Source: Chara braunii (Eukaryota > Plantae > Charophyceae). From it: DNA of 64,000 bases. Shown piece after piece: positions 23,402 to 36,744 of this stretch; the first letter of the stretch is position 1; the number at the start of each line of letters is the position of its first letter. The DNA is taken from contig BFEA01000041.1 in NCBI GenBank assembly GCA_003427395.1, positions 2,680,396-2,744,395 of the forward strand. Reading direction: 5' to 3'. The translations under genes were made by a program, and so were the position numbers. The notes beneath the pieces were generated by a model that saw only the letters and a list, made by a program, of their open reading frames with translations, searched no databases and was not told the DNA's origin.

Positions 23402-24064
23402 NNNNNNNNNNNNNNNNNNNNNNNNNNNNNNNNNNNNNNNNNNNNNNNNNNNNNNNNNNNNNNNNNNNNNNNNNNNNNNNNNNNNNNNNNNNNNNNNNNN
23501 NNNNNNNNNNNNNNNNNNNNNNNNNNNNNNNNNNNNNNNNNNNNNNNNNNNNNNNNNNNNNNNNNNNNNNNNNNNNNNNNNNNNNNNNNNNNNNNNNNNN
23601 NNNNNNNNNNNNNNNNNNNNNNNNNNNNNNNNNNNNNNNNNNNNNNNNNNNNNNNNNNNNNNNNNNNNNNNNNNNNNNNNNNNNNNNNNNNNNNNNNNNN
23701 NNNNNNNNNNNNNNNNNNNNNNNNNNNNNNNNNNNNNNNNNNNNNNNNNNNNNNNNNNNNNNNNNNNNNNNNNNNNNNNNNNNNNNNNNNNNNNNNNNNN
23801 NNNNNNNNNNNNNNNNNNNNNNNNNNNNNNNNNNNNNNNNNNNNNNNNNNNNNNNNNNNNNNNNNNNNNNNNNNNNNNNNNNNNNNNNNNNNNNNNNNNN
23901 NNNNNNNNNNNNNNNNNNNNNNNNNNNNNNNNNNNNNNNNNNNNNNNNNNNNNNNNNNNNNNNNNNNNNNNNNNNNNNNNNNNNNNNNNNNNNNNNNNNN
24001 NNNNNNNNNNNNNNNNNNNNNNNNNNNNNNNNNNNNNNNNNNNNNNNNNNNNNNNNNNNNNNNN
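23402..24064. other. Assembly gap
   Basis: N run. Confidence 1.
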
Positions 24065-25747
24065 AAAAAAAAAATAGAATAAGAATATATAAATAAATAA
24101 AAACAATAAAGAATATGGTAACTAAGAGCAAAAATAAATATTGGATTAAAATACATATTCTTTCGCAAAACCGCCTAGTATAGATTAAGCAAGGCAACAA
24201 CGTATCAAGAATATGAATATTCAATTCTCGCAAAGAAAAATGGTTATGGGAGCTATATACTTATAAACCAATTACGTAAATATACTGCACAAAAACAAAT
24301 TAATTACAGATGTCGACTGACTAGTAATTAAGCAATTGTGCTACGAGTTGTACCTCACAAAAAACACCTAAGAAACCCCCAAGAATAACGCATAACACAC
24401 CACTAAGTACACTTACAGATAAAACAACATACTGGACGAAAAACACGGCGCGGTTTACACTGAGAAAAACCAATTAGAACTGAAGAATAATACAACACTC
24501 CTGTACCACCCATCGTCAAATTTATTAAAACACCCCTTTAAAAAAACACACACAACAAACCACTGAACACTGACCTACACATAAGAACCTTATACATATA
24601 CACCCCCACTCGTACATCGATATGACCACCCGCAAGTACAAACCCCTGATGAAGACAATACCACCCAGCCGAGGGCGCAACATTAGGCAAACATTTCTTT
24701 CAAGAAAAACTAAGGGACATGAATGATAATAAAAACCCGAACACATGCATAGACACGAAAATGAAGAAAAGGAAACAGATACGACAACTAAAAATGAAAC
24801 GGCAAAGCAACACCCCGCAAAGAAAGACACGCAAAAAAAACAAAAACTCGTGAAGCATTCCCATGAAGATCGACATATGAAAACCAGGACAAAAAAACTC
24901 GACAAAAGAAATATGCCACTTTCTTTAAACAACTAACTAGATTGCAACCCATCCAAAATACTGACCACTGTCGAGCTCTGAAGTTGATCAGCGTGAAAGA
25001 AGAAGTCAATAACATTATGCGGGAACTACAAAGCAAAGCAAATATGCCACTAAAGTTCAAAACTATAATCACCCCACCTATGGCCAGACCCCGTAAATTA
25101 TACTACAACCGATCACACACAAGCACAACCCGTACACCTACACAAACCCCTAAAACGTACCAAATACGCCCTGTTTTACCAAACCAGAACGAATATCACC
25201 TTTCGGCAACCTAATTTTTAAATTAAAAAAAAAACAAAAACAATAACGATTAAGTTAGCCTATACACACGAACGTCACCATACTCATAACAAACCTCACA
25301 TAACAAGATATAATGAAGCCTGCCTGCATTACTATCTACTACAGCTTGCCTATGACTACACCGGTGCTACGGAGCATTCCAACTCATACTTGCTACGCAT
25401 GCGAAAAACTTCCTCATCTCACCATCTTCTCCCACCTACCTCTCCTCATCCCCCTCATACTACGCAACCAGGCGAGCTAACCGTCTGTCTGCGGCGGGCA
25501 AGGCACCTTCTTGGGCTGGCCAATCTGTGCTTCGACCAACGGAGCTCCCGATCCATCGCTATGCCGAAGCTCGACAACTATGGCAGCTACGGCAGCGACT
25601 GACTATGCCGCTTCTCCAGACATGACACTGTAGGCACGGATCCTTTGTACCCTTACCCCTAATCGCCCATGTTGTGTATTCCCATGACCCCCTGACTACA
25701 ACTCCCTACCACCCTTTGTGCTAATTGGAGCCTTGCTAACGACTTAT

Positions 25748-25791
25748 CCCTCTGATGAGCTGCTATGGGTGTTAAGCGGCAAAAAGCGCGC
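25748..25791 (+). ncRNA. Type I hammerhead ribozyme, 5' part (completed at 46032-46039)
   Basis: CCCT CTGATGA GCTGCT-loop-AGCGGC AAAA AGCGCGC|, where AAAA replaces GAAA; T TA AGGG follows element B and its TSD. Confidence 0.8.
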
Positions 25792-28700
25792 TGTCGGCGC
25801 GAATACCCTTACAAGGGTATCCGCCCTGGTTTTTGCAAGTGACAGGGAATAGGTTGAGTTGGATTTTTTGAGTAGACTGTGTGAGTCGTAGCAGTCTATT
25901 GGCTGAAAGTTTGACTAGAATGTCTAGCAGTAGAGAGTGCGTAGGCTCTCAGGTTCAAGGCGCGCGTGATTCTTTTCTATTGTTGATCATCTGTCCTTTG
26001 TTTAATGGTATTATTAATATTTATTTATATTTGATTAAGCAGGAATTAGGGAATATCTTCTTTCGATGGATACGTTTGACCGAGTCGAGCGCGAGCGAGG
26101 AGAACGACCCCGACGACGGCATCGGCAACGACGGCGCGACTTTGTGCGGTGAACGGGGTGTCGTAGGGTGGCGCGCAGGGCAATTATGGCACGGTAAGCG
26201 AGCCGGCGCGGGCCCTGGGAGCCGCGCAGCCGGCTTATTGGCCCAAAAGCGCCGCGCCGCCTCGTTTTATTTGGGATTCTCTCAGTTTCTTTGGTTCTGA
26301 ACAAGGAGGTCTGAACCGCTCTATAAGTTTAGGTGGTTCAACCCCTCTCCCGTTTTGTTCTAAGGGAATAATCCTGGCAGAGGACAGGCCGCTCTAGTAG
26401 TTTAGGTAGCCTATCCCACTGCCTCGCACAGATTGGATAAGAGAGAAACGAACCTGGCAGAGGGTCAGACCGCTCTATAAGTTCAGGTAGTCTGACCCAA
26501 CGCCTCGCACATGTTGGAACCCAATGGATATAAACCTGGCTATATTGTATTACTATGCTCTTAAGAGCAGGCTAGTCAGGCCGCTCTATAAGTTTAGGTA
26601 GCCTGACTCTAGCTTATCACGACTAAAGAGAGTATAAACTAAGAGATATAGTTGAAGGTAACTTGGGAAGGCTGAGCAATGTTCTAAGTTGAGCGGCTCA
26701 GCCTTATGTCCCCTTTGAAGACTAAGTTCAGAGAAGTATCTATAACTTGGCTACTTAAACAGTTAAGGGCGACTAGAGTGGTCTAGTCGTATGCCCAAGG
26801 AAGAGAAAAATAGTTGTGCCCTCTGTTTGTGTATACTTGGCTAAGTCTAAACGCTCTATAAGTTTAGGTATTCTGACTTTAGGCCTGACTCAGTTAGGCG
26901 CGCTCTGAAAGTTCAGGCGGCCTGGCCTATGCCCTATGTAAGCTGGGTATAAAGGACTCAATCATTGAAGGATCATGAACTATTGTTTGTTCAGGTTGAC
27001 TTGGGAATGGTGAGGGTACTTACCTTTGTGGTTTGGCCTGCATGCGGCTAAGTGAGGCTACTACTTGGTCTGAGTTTCAGTTTGATAGGTAGTTGCTTTA
27101 GTCGCTTACCACGTGCTAGAGCCATAGGAGTTAGTTTCAATTCGTGCATTTTCAGAGCTAAGTTTTTTTTACTTAGGTCAATTCTTGCATTTTCGGGTAT
27201 CATTTTCTATACTTGGCTTTGTATAAATCTTGACAAGCTACTTTCTCTACGGGAAGCGCTGCCGAAATTTCTACAAATCCAAGAAGTTAGTCAATTTTCG
27301 ACTTGTCCAAGTTCAACTTGTCTTTTCTTTATATCTGACCTAGTAAAAATCTGAAAAGTCTCATTTTCTAAAGGGAGTGCTGCCCAAATTTTTGTTAATT
27401 CAGGCAGTTAGACAAAATTGGACCTTGAGAAGTCAAAATTGCTTTTAAAATTCTGGACTTAACCTTGTATAAAGTTTGGAATAACACTTTTCTAAAGAGA
27501 GTGCTTCCGAAATTTCTGCAGAACAAAGGAGCTAGTTAAATCTTGTATAAAGTTGAACTCAAGATGTCTTTTGAGTCCGTATCTGACTTAGTATAAATCT
27601 GGGAAGTCTCCCTTTCTAAAGGGAGTGCTGCCCAAATTTCTACTAATTCAGGAAGTTAGACAAAACTTGACTTTCCAGACTTAGAAACTATTTCTGTGTT
27701 TTATATTCGGGATGAAATAAATTTTGAAAAGACGCTTTTCCTATAGGAAATAGTGCCAAAATTTTTTGATTTAGAGGAGTTAGATTATATTTAATAGGTC
27801 GCGATTCTGACGATCCACCCTGTATAGGGGAGACTATGCCAAGGGTCTGCCTTTGCTTTGGGCACTGCTTAAAGGTAGATTCAAACTTAGTTAACTATGA
27901 CGATTTGAGTGAAAATGTGTTATGGAGTTGTATTCTCCATACACTTATGGTTTCAGCTTGGGGATTGACCTGTCATGCGTTACAGGTCCTCTTGATCGTT
28001 TGATTCGGGATTGGGACTAGTTTCAGCTTGATCCCACAAGGATCACATTCTGTTATCACTGATAACGGATCGGTTGCCGATTCGTCGGTTTACAACTCAA
28101 CTCCAATCCGCTCTTGCTACTCAACCTAAAGGTCTTAGCTTTGTGGTTTGAATTGTTTCATTGTGTTTTTACCCGGACTTTATTGAATGGCCATTTAACA
28201 AAAGTACTGAATATTTATTTTGAGGAGTTGCACAAGAGTGAGGTTTGCGTCCCTAAAGCGAGGGGTATGAGCATAGAGAATGGTTGAAGTTGACCCCGTG
28301 TAGTGCATGGACTTCTGGTTGAATCTTTGATGTGATTGCAGGTATGGTTGTGATTCGGACTCTGGATGTGATTGCCTGCGATTTTATACATATATGGCTG
28401 AGAGGAGCCTCACTGTGACGGTGAGAAGTGATCGTCCTATATAATCAACCCTTATGTGTTTATAAGTGCTCTAAGTATTTGAGAGGGCTACTGTGAGTGC
28501 GAATAAGGGTTAACTGGATTATGTCTCGGGAGGGAAGAGATGTCCCCTTTTTACCCTTGTTTTTTAGAGATTTCTATGGTTGGACGTTGTAGTCCGTGGC
28601 AGCCGTCAAAGTCAAACCCCTTGACTTTCGCCCAGGCTCGGGGAGGACCTACCCCTAGGGCCGCGAGGGACGACTACCACCACAGGTATGGACCCGTGTA

Positions 28701-29532
28701 CCACCCACTCTGCATAAGGGCGCAGAAGAGTGTGTGTGGTCTTCAACCGCGCACGGCGGTTGTCCACCATCGAGAGATTAACCCTCAAGGCGCGTGTCAG
28801 CCGACACTTGAGTGTTGAATGCGACCCTCGAGATGAACGAGGACCGCGTGAGTATGGGTACTACATAGTACGCCATCATTGCGACCGCTTGCGTACNCTT
28901 GCATCGCGAGTCGATATGAGCTAGCCCTGTGTCTGCGCGGTTTTTATACTAAGCCTCGCGCGCGACGCCTATTCGATCTCCGCGTTGGAAAGTTATGGGT
29001 TGGCTACCGAGGGGCTAGGAGCGTTGCCGCGTTGTTCGATGTGCGTGCGTGTGTGCGTTTTGTTGTTTTTGTGTGTTCGTAAAGTGGTGTGCGCGTGGTG
29101 TGTGGGATGCGTCCTAGTCGACCGACGACAAGTCGCGCTTGGGACCTCAGCTCCCCAAGATGTCGGTTCGTGTGCGGGTCCGATAGGCGTATTACCGCGC
29201 GTAGCCCCTATGCTACAGCGAACGAGAAACGCCCTCGGCTGGTCCACCTCTGCGATTGCAACTGATTAACTTTCGTACTGTGGACTGGTAGCTCGGCGGG
29301 GATACGCCCACCAAAGGGAGGTGACAGCTCCCATAAGGTGGAGGTAAGTTGTGCCTCGCGTAGGCCCTATCATGTCGTAGGGGCTCGCGAGAGGTATGGC
29401 TGGTGCACTCGGCTGGAGCGGCCTAAGGAAGCTCCATATGCGTGTTCGTGTCGAGGTTGGTTCAACTCCTGCGTGACGTGGCCGAGAGGGTCCCGCGCCG
29501 CCGCATGCGGTGCTAGAGCGATGCGCTCGACA
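25792..29532 (+). repeat. 5' LTR of B (3.74 kb; lacks ~4 kb present in the 3' LTR)
   Basis: TGTCG...CGACA; matches 35490-35942, 39950-40156 and 43456-46027. Confidence 0.9.
27241..27790. repeat. ~124-bp tandem repeats inside the LTR (about 5 units; also at ~43736-44285)
   Basis: TTTCTAAAGGGAGTGCTGCCCAAATTT-like motif at ~27241, 27365, 27488, 27612 and 27735. Confidence 0.8.
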
Positions 29533-29534
29533 GG

Positions 29535-29552
29535 TGGCGCCGTTGCCGGGGA
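29535..29552 (+). promoter_or_regulatory. Primer-binding site, tRNA-Asp type as in Athila-like elements
   Basis: TGGCGCCGTTGCCGGGGA, two nt after the LTR end CA. Confidence 0.85.
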
Positions 29553-31540
29553 TAACAGCTGCCTACCGTTCTCCCTGGTGGAACGACACCCGGGTAGATT
29601 GAGAAAAAATCAGGCATGTATGGGAAGTTCTAGGATTTTGTGAGATAGATTGCGGAAAGTTTGTACGATCGTTTAAGTAAAGGGTTATGAAGATTCCGAA
29701 TTTCTACCTTCGGTTTGGCAGAAGGGTCAGTTAGACGGATGATGCGGTGAGATTGCTAAAGAGGGAGGAACGAACTCTAGTTAGATGAGCCTAGAGTCTA
29801 GAAGTGAGACGCGTGGTAGTGATTGACTAGGCTTGGGCCGTGCCAAAGTTGTGTAGGGGAGTCCGATAAGTATTCAGTAAGCCGGATTGTTGGGTGGAGT
29901 GTTATTATTCTCTCCTTGTTTGTATAACAGGCCGATTGAGCGAGATGATGTGCTTGGTAGAATACGAGTGACATAAGAGTGATAAACGTGTTGACTATAT
30001 GCGGATGTGGTCTGCTTATGACCTTGATAGCTGATGGGATGAAACGACGTCTTGCCCAAGTGGCATGGCTAAGGAGAGGTGAAGCAATATCGATAAGGCT
30101 AAGCACGTTTATCAAAGGGTATGGCCGTATGAGGTACCTATTATGGCCGTTGGGGTCTTTACAGCAGCATGGTATGTCTGCATTTGCGTGAGACCAAGGC
30201 TAAGTAATTGATCCTAGAGGCAGTTGAAATGGTAGTGGGTGGGGTCTAACGTTTAGATTATTCTGCTAAGTCTTAAGTTAGACCCTTGCTTGAACCTTTC
30301 CAGGTTAGGGCCATTCGTCTCCGGAGCTAAGGACTTGAGATCAAATTCTTGAGGGCATTCCCTTAAGTTATATATTGTAAGTCTAGTCCATGTCTATTTA
30401 CATAAGGGATACCTCTTTCGGAAGTACTCCATAGGGGCTATTTATCTGATTCATATTGGGATCCTATCAGTCTGTAGGAATTATATGAATGTTTATAATC
30501 CAGCACATGGTTGGCCATTTAGCCTGTACATTTGGGGTGCCCTTCCGAGAAGGGTAGGGATTGTTTGTTTAATAACGGAAGGCGCATGCTGGACGTTTGT
30601 CTGTGATGGGCAGAGCCCAGACGGATGCCTTATGCACCGGAAGACCCGCGTATGCTCGGGCCAGTTGAGAGAGAGGGAGGGCTCGAGATGTCTTTACCCA
30701 CGCGGATCAGAGCAGGAGAGTACCACTCTTCATGGTGGGNAATGTTGATGGGCACGGACATCTTTGCCTGGATCGAGTCTGGGTTTGATGACGAGCAGGA
30801 GTGTGCGATTGTAAGGGTGACGTTGTACGCCTCGCCCTCATTCTGGATCGAGCTGGGATAGAGTTGGCGCTTGGGCATGGAAGCCTGCTTGCTAAGCCTC
30901 TGAGGGCGGTCGAGGCAGCTCCAGCAAAGTGGGCGAAGGAAGTGTACCGTGATGGGGAAGAGCGAGTGCTAACCCGCGTAAGGGTCAAGCGCGCTGGAGA
31001 GTTCGGGCTTCCATCTGCTCTGCTGCGAGTAATCCTGCCTGAGTTTCTGATAGAGAAGAGTTTTGGTGGGAAGGCGAGGGTAGAGGCGGCAGCGGAAGCT
31101 GCTCTGAGGGCGCGAGATTGGGAGTATGGGCGATACACGTGTGAACAGATATATGGTCTATATCTAGACCGGAGATTCTTACCCTCAAGTAAGTGGCTAG
31201 GAACACGGCCAATACACTGGACGTATACTCCTCGTCTCATGATCCGAATGAGGAAAATGTAGACTGGAAAGAGATTCGAGCGGTAGTGGGTCGATAGGGG
31301 ATGCNGTCCTTTTTTTTACTAAAGACGTTCTATGGACTCGACCGGAGTCGTCTCTTTGATCGTTATCGTAGTTATGAAGGTAAGCGTCAGGGTAACTAGG
31401 GGTTGAGGTCTGATTGCATGAGTAAAGGAGTAGACAACGGGATTTAAGTATTAGTAGTCTGCCCTTGTCTGCACGAGCTTACTTAAATGATTGTTTGATG
31501 GTCTATTGCCCGCTGTGCGTATCAGGCTGCTGTCAGCGTC

Positions 31541-33056
31541 ATGGCGGGAGAAAGCGGCTTCGCCAAGATCCTGCTTTGGAGGAATTCGTGCCTGTTGAAG
31601 GTGTTGCTGCACGAAGTGTTGCAGGGGTCAATGCCCCCAGATCTCTGCGCCCTGCTGTTCCAAGGAAGGAACCTGTCAAGCTTTCTGCGTGACTTTCAAG
31701 CTTTTAGCCTTACGAAGATGTGGGACAAGAAGGCGATGTGGTACATGTTCCCCTTGTTCGTTTGTGAAGGACTAAGTGAGGAGGTGTATACCCTCATGCT
31801 GAAGTCGCAAACCTGGGATGAGCTGGAAGTTTCTCTGAGGTTGAGGTTCCCAGAGGATGAGGCGGAATGCAGGCTTGGTAAGAGCCCTGAGCAGCCAGCC
31901 GAGGCCGCGTCAACGCAAGGAGAGCTAAGCGGTATACAGAGGCAAGTTGAGATGCTGGAAGAGAGGTTGAAGCGGTTGGAAGAAGTCAGGCATGGCAAGA
32001 AAAGGACCTTCAAAGGAGCACCTAAAGGACCGGCTGAGCAGGGTAAGGCGGAGGTGAGGGACGATCATCAGGAGTTACTCCTCCACAAGAAGACCCCGAG
32101 GGGGCAAGTCTGTGCCCTGGAAAGAGATGAAGATGAGGGGGTCATTGAGATCAGGGAGGAGCAAGAATCTAGTACGGTCCTACCCGTTGTTGCGCCGGAG
32201 CCGAAGGGAGGGCCCCGTTGACAGAGAGGCACCCTCGACTGCGGGTCGGGAGAGGCGAAGGAGTGAGTGGTGGCCAGAGCACTGGACAAAGGCGGTATGC
32301 GATCATTGAGGAAAGACTAGTCGTACCCCTCAAAGAGGTAAAGAAAGGGGTGTGACGGGAGAAATAGGGGAGCCTTAACCTCCCAAGTTGATGAGGGTTC
32401 AACGAAAGGTGAGGAATCAGGCCCAAGGAGGTCATGGTAGTGAAAAGGGGCAGTGCTCACGACGGGTGGGGGCCACACCACAGGAGGTGGAAGGCAGAGT
32501 AGTACAAGAGAGTCCCCTGTCGATTGAGCATGCACTATACGGGCAGTGGTGACCATACGGTCAAGTAGAGCCAAGGCCTACGTATAATTCATATGTGTCG
32601 TGGGTACAAGGCAGTTGGCTGGGCCCACAAATGGATATGATGCCACCCAGGCCCCCTGCAGTCCAGTTCCAGCCAGCTCTGTGTGTGGGACCATTGCAGT
32701 CGCCGATGCCACAAGGAGCACAAGGCCCAGTAGCCAGTGGAAGGGGTCAAAAGCGAAAGGCTGAAAAGGTTCGTAGGGATGAGGGGCACGAAAAAGGGAG
32801 ATGCGGTGGCGGCAAAGGTGGCTCCAGTGGGAAGAAAGCGGATTGGGGAAAGGACGTTTGCAGACATTGTGCCAAGGAAGGGCACATAATAAAGTTTTGT
32901 CGAGAGCAAAGGGCCGATGAGGCAAGTGGTCTAATAAGGACTGACATCGAGGGACATATTTTCGACAGGACGGGGGAGTACATCGACCCAACCATCCCAG
33001 GGGAAACACAGAAGGAGGCTTTGCGGCGAGACGGGGCATCGAGCACTGCCTCATGA
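31541..33056 (+). pseudogene. gag: gag-like region of element B (broken)
   Basis: FQGRNLSSFLRDFQ...W...TWDELEVSLRLRF followed by a coiled-coil-like stretch; CCHC knuckle CRHCAKEGHIIKFC in 32595..33056. Confidence 0.7.
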
Positions 33057-36000
33057 ATACAGTCGGGAAGAGGAAGCATTTGTGTGAGAAGGGCCTGGAG
33101 GCTTGAGCGGACTATAGAAATAAGTAGGAATCCCCAATTATATAGCTGAGGCACAGCGTACAGAGCGAGGGGATTTTCGTAATAGTGGTCTGGTAAGGTG
33201 GCGTGAGTTGTAAACAGGAGGGGCCCCAAATAGAGCAACTGTATAGGTGGGGAAGGTTAGATCTGCCGCGCATCACGTTACTGGGGTGTCGTAAGTAGAT
33301 GAAGCCAGGAGTGACCCTGAGGTCATGGTTATGAAGTAGGGGTTTGTTCCATTAGGCCTATTGATCAAGAGAAGAAGATATGGGACCTGCGTCGTGTCCA
33401 AGCCTGAATGGTTGTATAGGCGTGAGTGGTAGGAGAGGTTTGGGAAGAAACCTTAGCGTGGGGGGAAATAGGCTATCTAACCTAGGGAGGCGGTTGCGGG
33501 ACTGGTGTATGGGCGACTTCTAGCCTTACTTTTCCTTGGGTATCTGGATATGTCCTGGATTACTTGGGTTCCTCGGATTGAGGGGTATGGCTACGTCATG
33601 ATCAAGCTGTTTTAGCTACAGCTTGATCAGGGGGACCGCATTTGTTCTTGTGTGATACCGGTGACGATTTGAATTGAGATTGTTCAACTCCGAGTGTATA
33701 TATGTAATTCAAGAGCATTTGGCACGCGTAGGTGTTTGGGTATTGTACCCTTGTGGATATATTGAGTTGGGGCTTTATCTGAGATTATCCTTTGTATATG
33801 ACGATCACAATCTCACATGTGTGGGTTTATCCTGATGTTTGATGGTTTTGTGCGAAGAATGTGTGGGATACATCTCATGTGTATTGGATTGTGTGAATTT
33901 CATGAGAATAAACGGATGTGGACTGTCTACTCTTCGGTATACTCGTGCAGCCTGCCTACAAGCAGGACAGGGCCGAGTATAAGGAGAGGGAGCGCAATCT
34001 GTCATTGTGAAAGCATGATAATCCTAAGGGATTTTGCGAGTCCTTGAGACTCGAGTACTTACCATGCCTGATGTTTTATGGTTAAGTTGCGAAAAGGGCC
34101 CGTAAGCAGGCCCCTTAGTCGAGTTGGTTTGTGGTTGAGTTGTAGAGAGGACCCACAAGTAGGCCTCTCAGGTTGAGTTGTTTTGTGGTTGAGACCCCTC
34201 CAGATTAAGGAAGGGGGGAAGTGGTGTTTATTGGAAGACTCATCTTCGAAAGGGAAGGTGTTTAAAAAGGGTCGTGTGATAGCTCATCCTAGAAAGAGAG
34301 GGATGGCTGAGAGACCTATTAAGAGAAACCTCCTCTGTGCGAAAGGGTGGCCAACAAATTTAAAGGCGTGGTAAGCAGTGTTTGAGTTGATAAAGCCTGA
34401 CGGGAGGAACCAGAATTACAGACTGGATCATTGGTGGAACTGAGAAGGTCGCAAGTCAGTGCATTAAGATGCCATGGGATGTGTGGGCTGCTCTCTCTGA
34501 TCAAGTCAGAAGGCCACGGTCTTGTGTATGAGCCTGGCGGTGAATTTGTTTGTGATTGTGAAAAGGAGCCATGCTTCCTATGTTGTCCCATAGGGAACTG
34601 GTAAACGCCTTTAAAGTGAGACAGATCCCTGCGTAGTCCCGCAGTGGGCCTGTGGTCTGTTTTGCGACCCACTGTTCAGACACTTGTGCTAATCCCAAGG
34701 CATGTTGAGGAATACCAAGCTAAACGGTAAAGGTTAGCACCTCTAGGGCGCAACCCCTATTGGATGACTGCAAGCCAACACAATCTGGTTGCGGGCCTAC
34801 GTCTACCGACGGGGTAAGAGTTTAAGGGGTTATGCACGCCCCAGGGAAATTACTCCGGTGGGATGGTGGGGGATATGAGTCGTTTAATCGTCCTGATTGA
34901 ATGCTTATGAGGAGGATACCTATCGTTGCATAACCAGCAAAGGAACTACCGTTAAGATAACAATGCGGTAGGCCGTAGATCTGGCTTGATCAACCAGACT
35001 ATGGTGGGCAAGGATGGAGACCTAGCATTTCTGTACTAGACTGCAGAAAGAGTTAAGAGGTGATTTAAATATATATATACGTATACGATTGATTGTGACG
35101 ATTTTCGGGAGGGGGGCAAGAGTGCCTCATGAGGTCTCATTTAAGGCCCGCGTCCCTGGGCATGACTCTGCTTACAAGATAGAGTCTAGCCGGGACACTC
35201 AACGAGAGGCCGGCATTTGTCTAGGACAAAGGAGAGAGGACGGTTTGGGGTGACCCTTGGCAACTTATGCTGTAGTATCGATGCGTAATACACCGACGTC
35301 CTACTGTCAGGACGACTGGAGACTCAGGTTAACACCCTGACGGCATACAGTTGCGTGGGCACAGATTGTTGGAGGCCTCGAACCTGAGTCCGTCGGCTGA
35401 TCGGATTGGTTCGTTTCTCGTCAACATTTGGAATGTGGATGAGTTCATAGCTTTATGATTTGGCGAAGCAACGGTATGGTCTGGTAAGCTGTTGGCGCGA
35501 ATACCCTTACAAGGGTATCCGCCCTGGTTTTCGCAAGTGACAGAGAATAAGTTGAGTTGGAATTTTTGAGTAGACTGTGTGAGTCGTAGCAGTCTATTGG
35601 CTAAAAGATTTACTAGAATGTCTAGCAGTAGAGAGTGCGTAGGCGCGCAGGTTTAAGGCGCGCGTGATTCTTTTCTGTTGTTGATCATTGGTCGTTTGTT
35701 TAATGGTATTATTAATATTTATTTATATTTGATTAAGCAGGAATTAGGGGATATGTTCTTTCGATAAATATGTTTAACCGAGTCGAACGTGCGCGAGGAG
35801 AACGACCCCGACGACAGCGCGACTTTGTGCGGTGAGCGGGGTGTCGTAGGGTGGCGCACAGGGCAATTATGGCACGGTAAGCGAGCCGGCGCGGGCCCTG
35901 GGAGCTGCGCAGCCGGCTTATTGGCCCAAAAGCGCCGCGCCGCACTGCCTTGTATAGTACTCTGTGGGCGCTGGTCTCAGGCTTGGGCTCAGCCCTATAG

Positions 36001-36457
36001 GTTACGACGTTGGTCTCGTGACACGAGGGTACGAGATTCAAGGTCGGCCGGCGATGGCGCAGGAACGGTGAAAAGCTGAGGGGTTGAGGGTCCTGCGGGA
36101 CTATCCCCCTTAGCTTTCGTAGGGGGGATTTGATCGCTGGCCCGTCCTGCAGGACCTTAGGAGGGCAGGTAGGTCCCGCGCCCTGTTTCGTTAGTCCCCC
36201 CGTTCTTGTCTGGGCCCTGCGACAACCTATTGGTTGTTTCCCCTTTTACTGTCCCCTAAGCGTCGGGGGCCGACGCTGGCTTGCTTTGAGGATGTTTGTC
36301 TGGGCCGTTGGCCGCTATAGTCCGTGCACCCTTGCGCTGCTGAAATACAGACCCATGCTCGGGCCCAGAGGATGGCCTTTGAGGACTAAGACCGAACATG
36401 TGGGGGTGTGGGGGGTTGCCCAGGCCGTAAAGGGCCGTGGGGCGCCATTGTAAATGA

Positions 36458-36548
36458 GTCCTTTGGGACATCCGCAAGAATCGGATTGATACGGGAGAGA
36501 TCCGCCAGACCACTGCGTAAGGATGATGTGTGTGAATCCGGGGATGAA
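36458..36548 (+). ncRNA. U6: U6 snRNA-derived sequence, more diverged tandem copy
   Basis: GTCCTTTGGGACATCCGCAAGAATCGGATTGATACGGGAGAGATCCGCCAGACCACTGCGTAAGGATGA is colinear with U6. Confidence 0.7.
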
Positions 36549-36632
36549 CCCGGACGTGATGCGGGGTAGGTGCGTGCAAAGAAAGGGGGTAAGTGGCCTT
36601 TGGAGGCACCACGGGGCGCCTACCGTGGCCGA

Positions 36633-36744
36633 GTCCTTCGAGACATCCGCTAAAATTGGAACGATATAAAGAAGATTTGCACGGCCCGCGCGCAAGGACG
36701 ATACGTATAAATCGAGGAGGGGCCAGTCCGCGGAGTGTTTTTTT
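36633..36744 (+). ncRNA. U6: U6 snRNA-derived sequence, near full length, followed by T7
   Basis: GTCCTTCGAGACATCCGCTAAAATTGGAACGATATAAAGAAGATTTGCACGGCCCGCGCGCAAGGACGATACGTATAAATCGAG; ACAGAGA box and AGC triad are altered. Confidence 0.9.

Noticed and set aside
23162-24233. Long ORFs of 250-318 aa here and at 46191-46747 and 62195-63163
   Set aside because: They are open only because they cross N gaps or microsatellites
24065-25740. Penelope RT/GIY-YIG coding remnant here and at 46514-47990
   Set aside because: A/C-skewed and heavily decayed; only vague MG and RF..D hints, not enough to call
26310-26925. CRISPR-like repeat/spacer array
   Set aside because: Repeats are degenerate, spacing is irregular, there are no cas genes, and the context is a eukaryotic LTR
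36633-36744. Functional spliceosomal U6 gene
   Set aside because: The ACAGAGA box and AGC triad are mutated, no USE/TATA is visible, and it lies within an LTR; kept only as U6-derived
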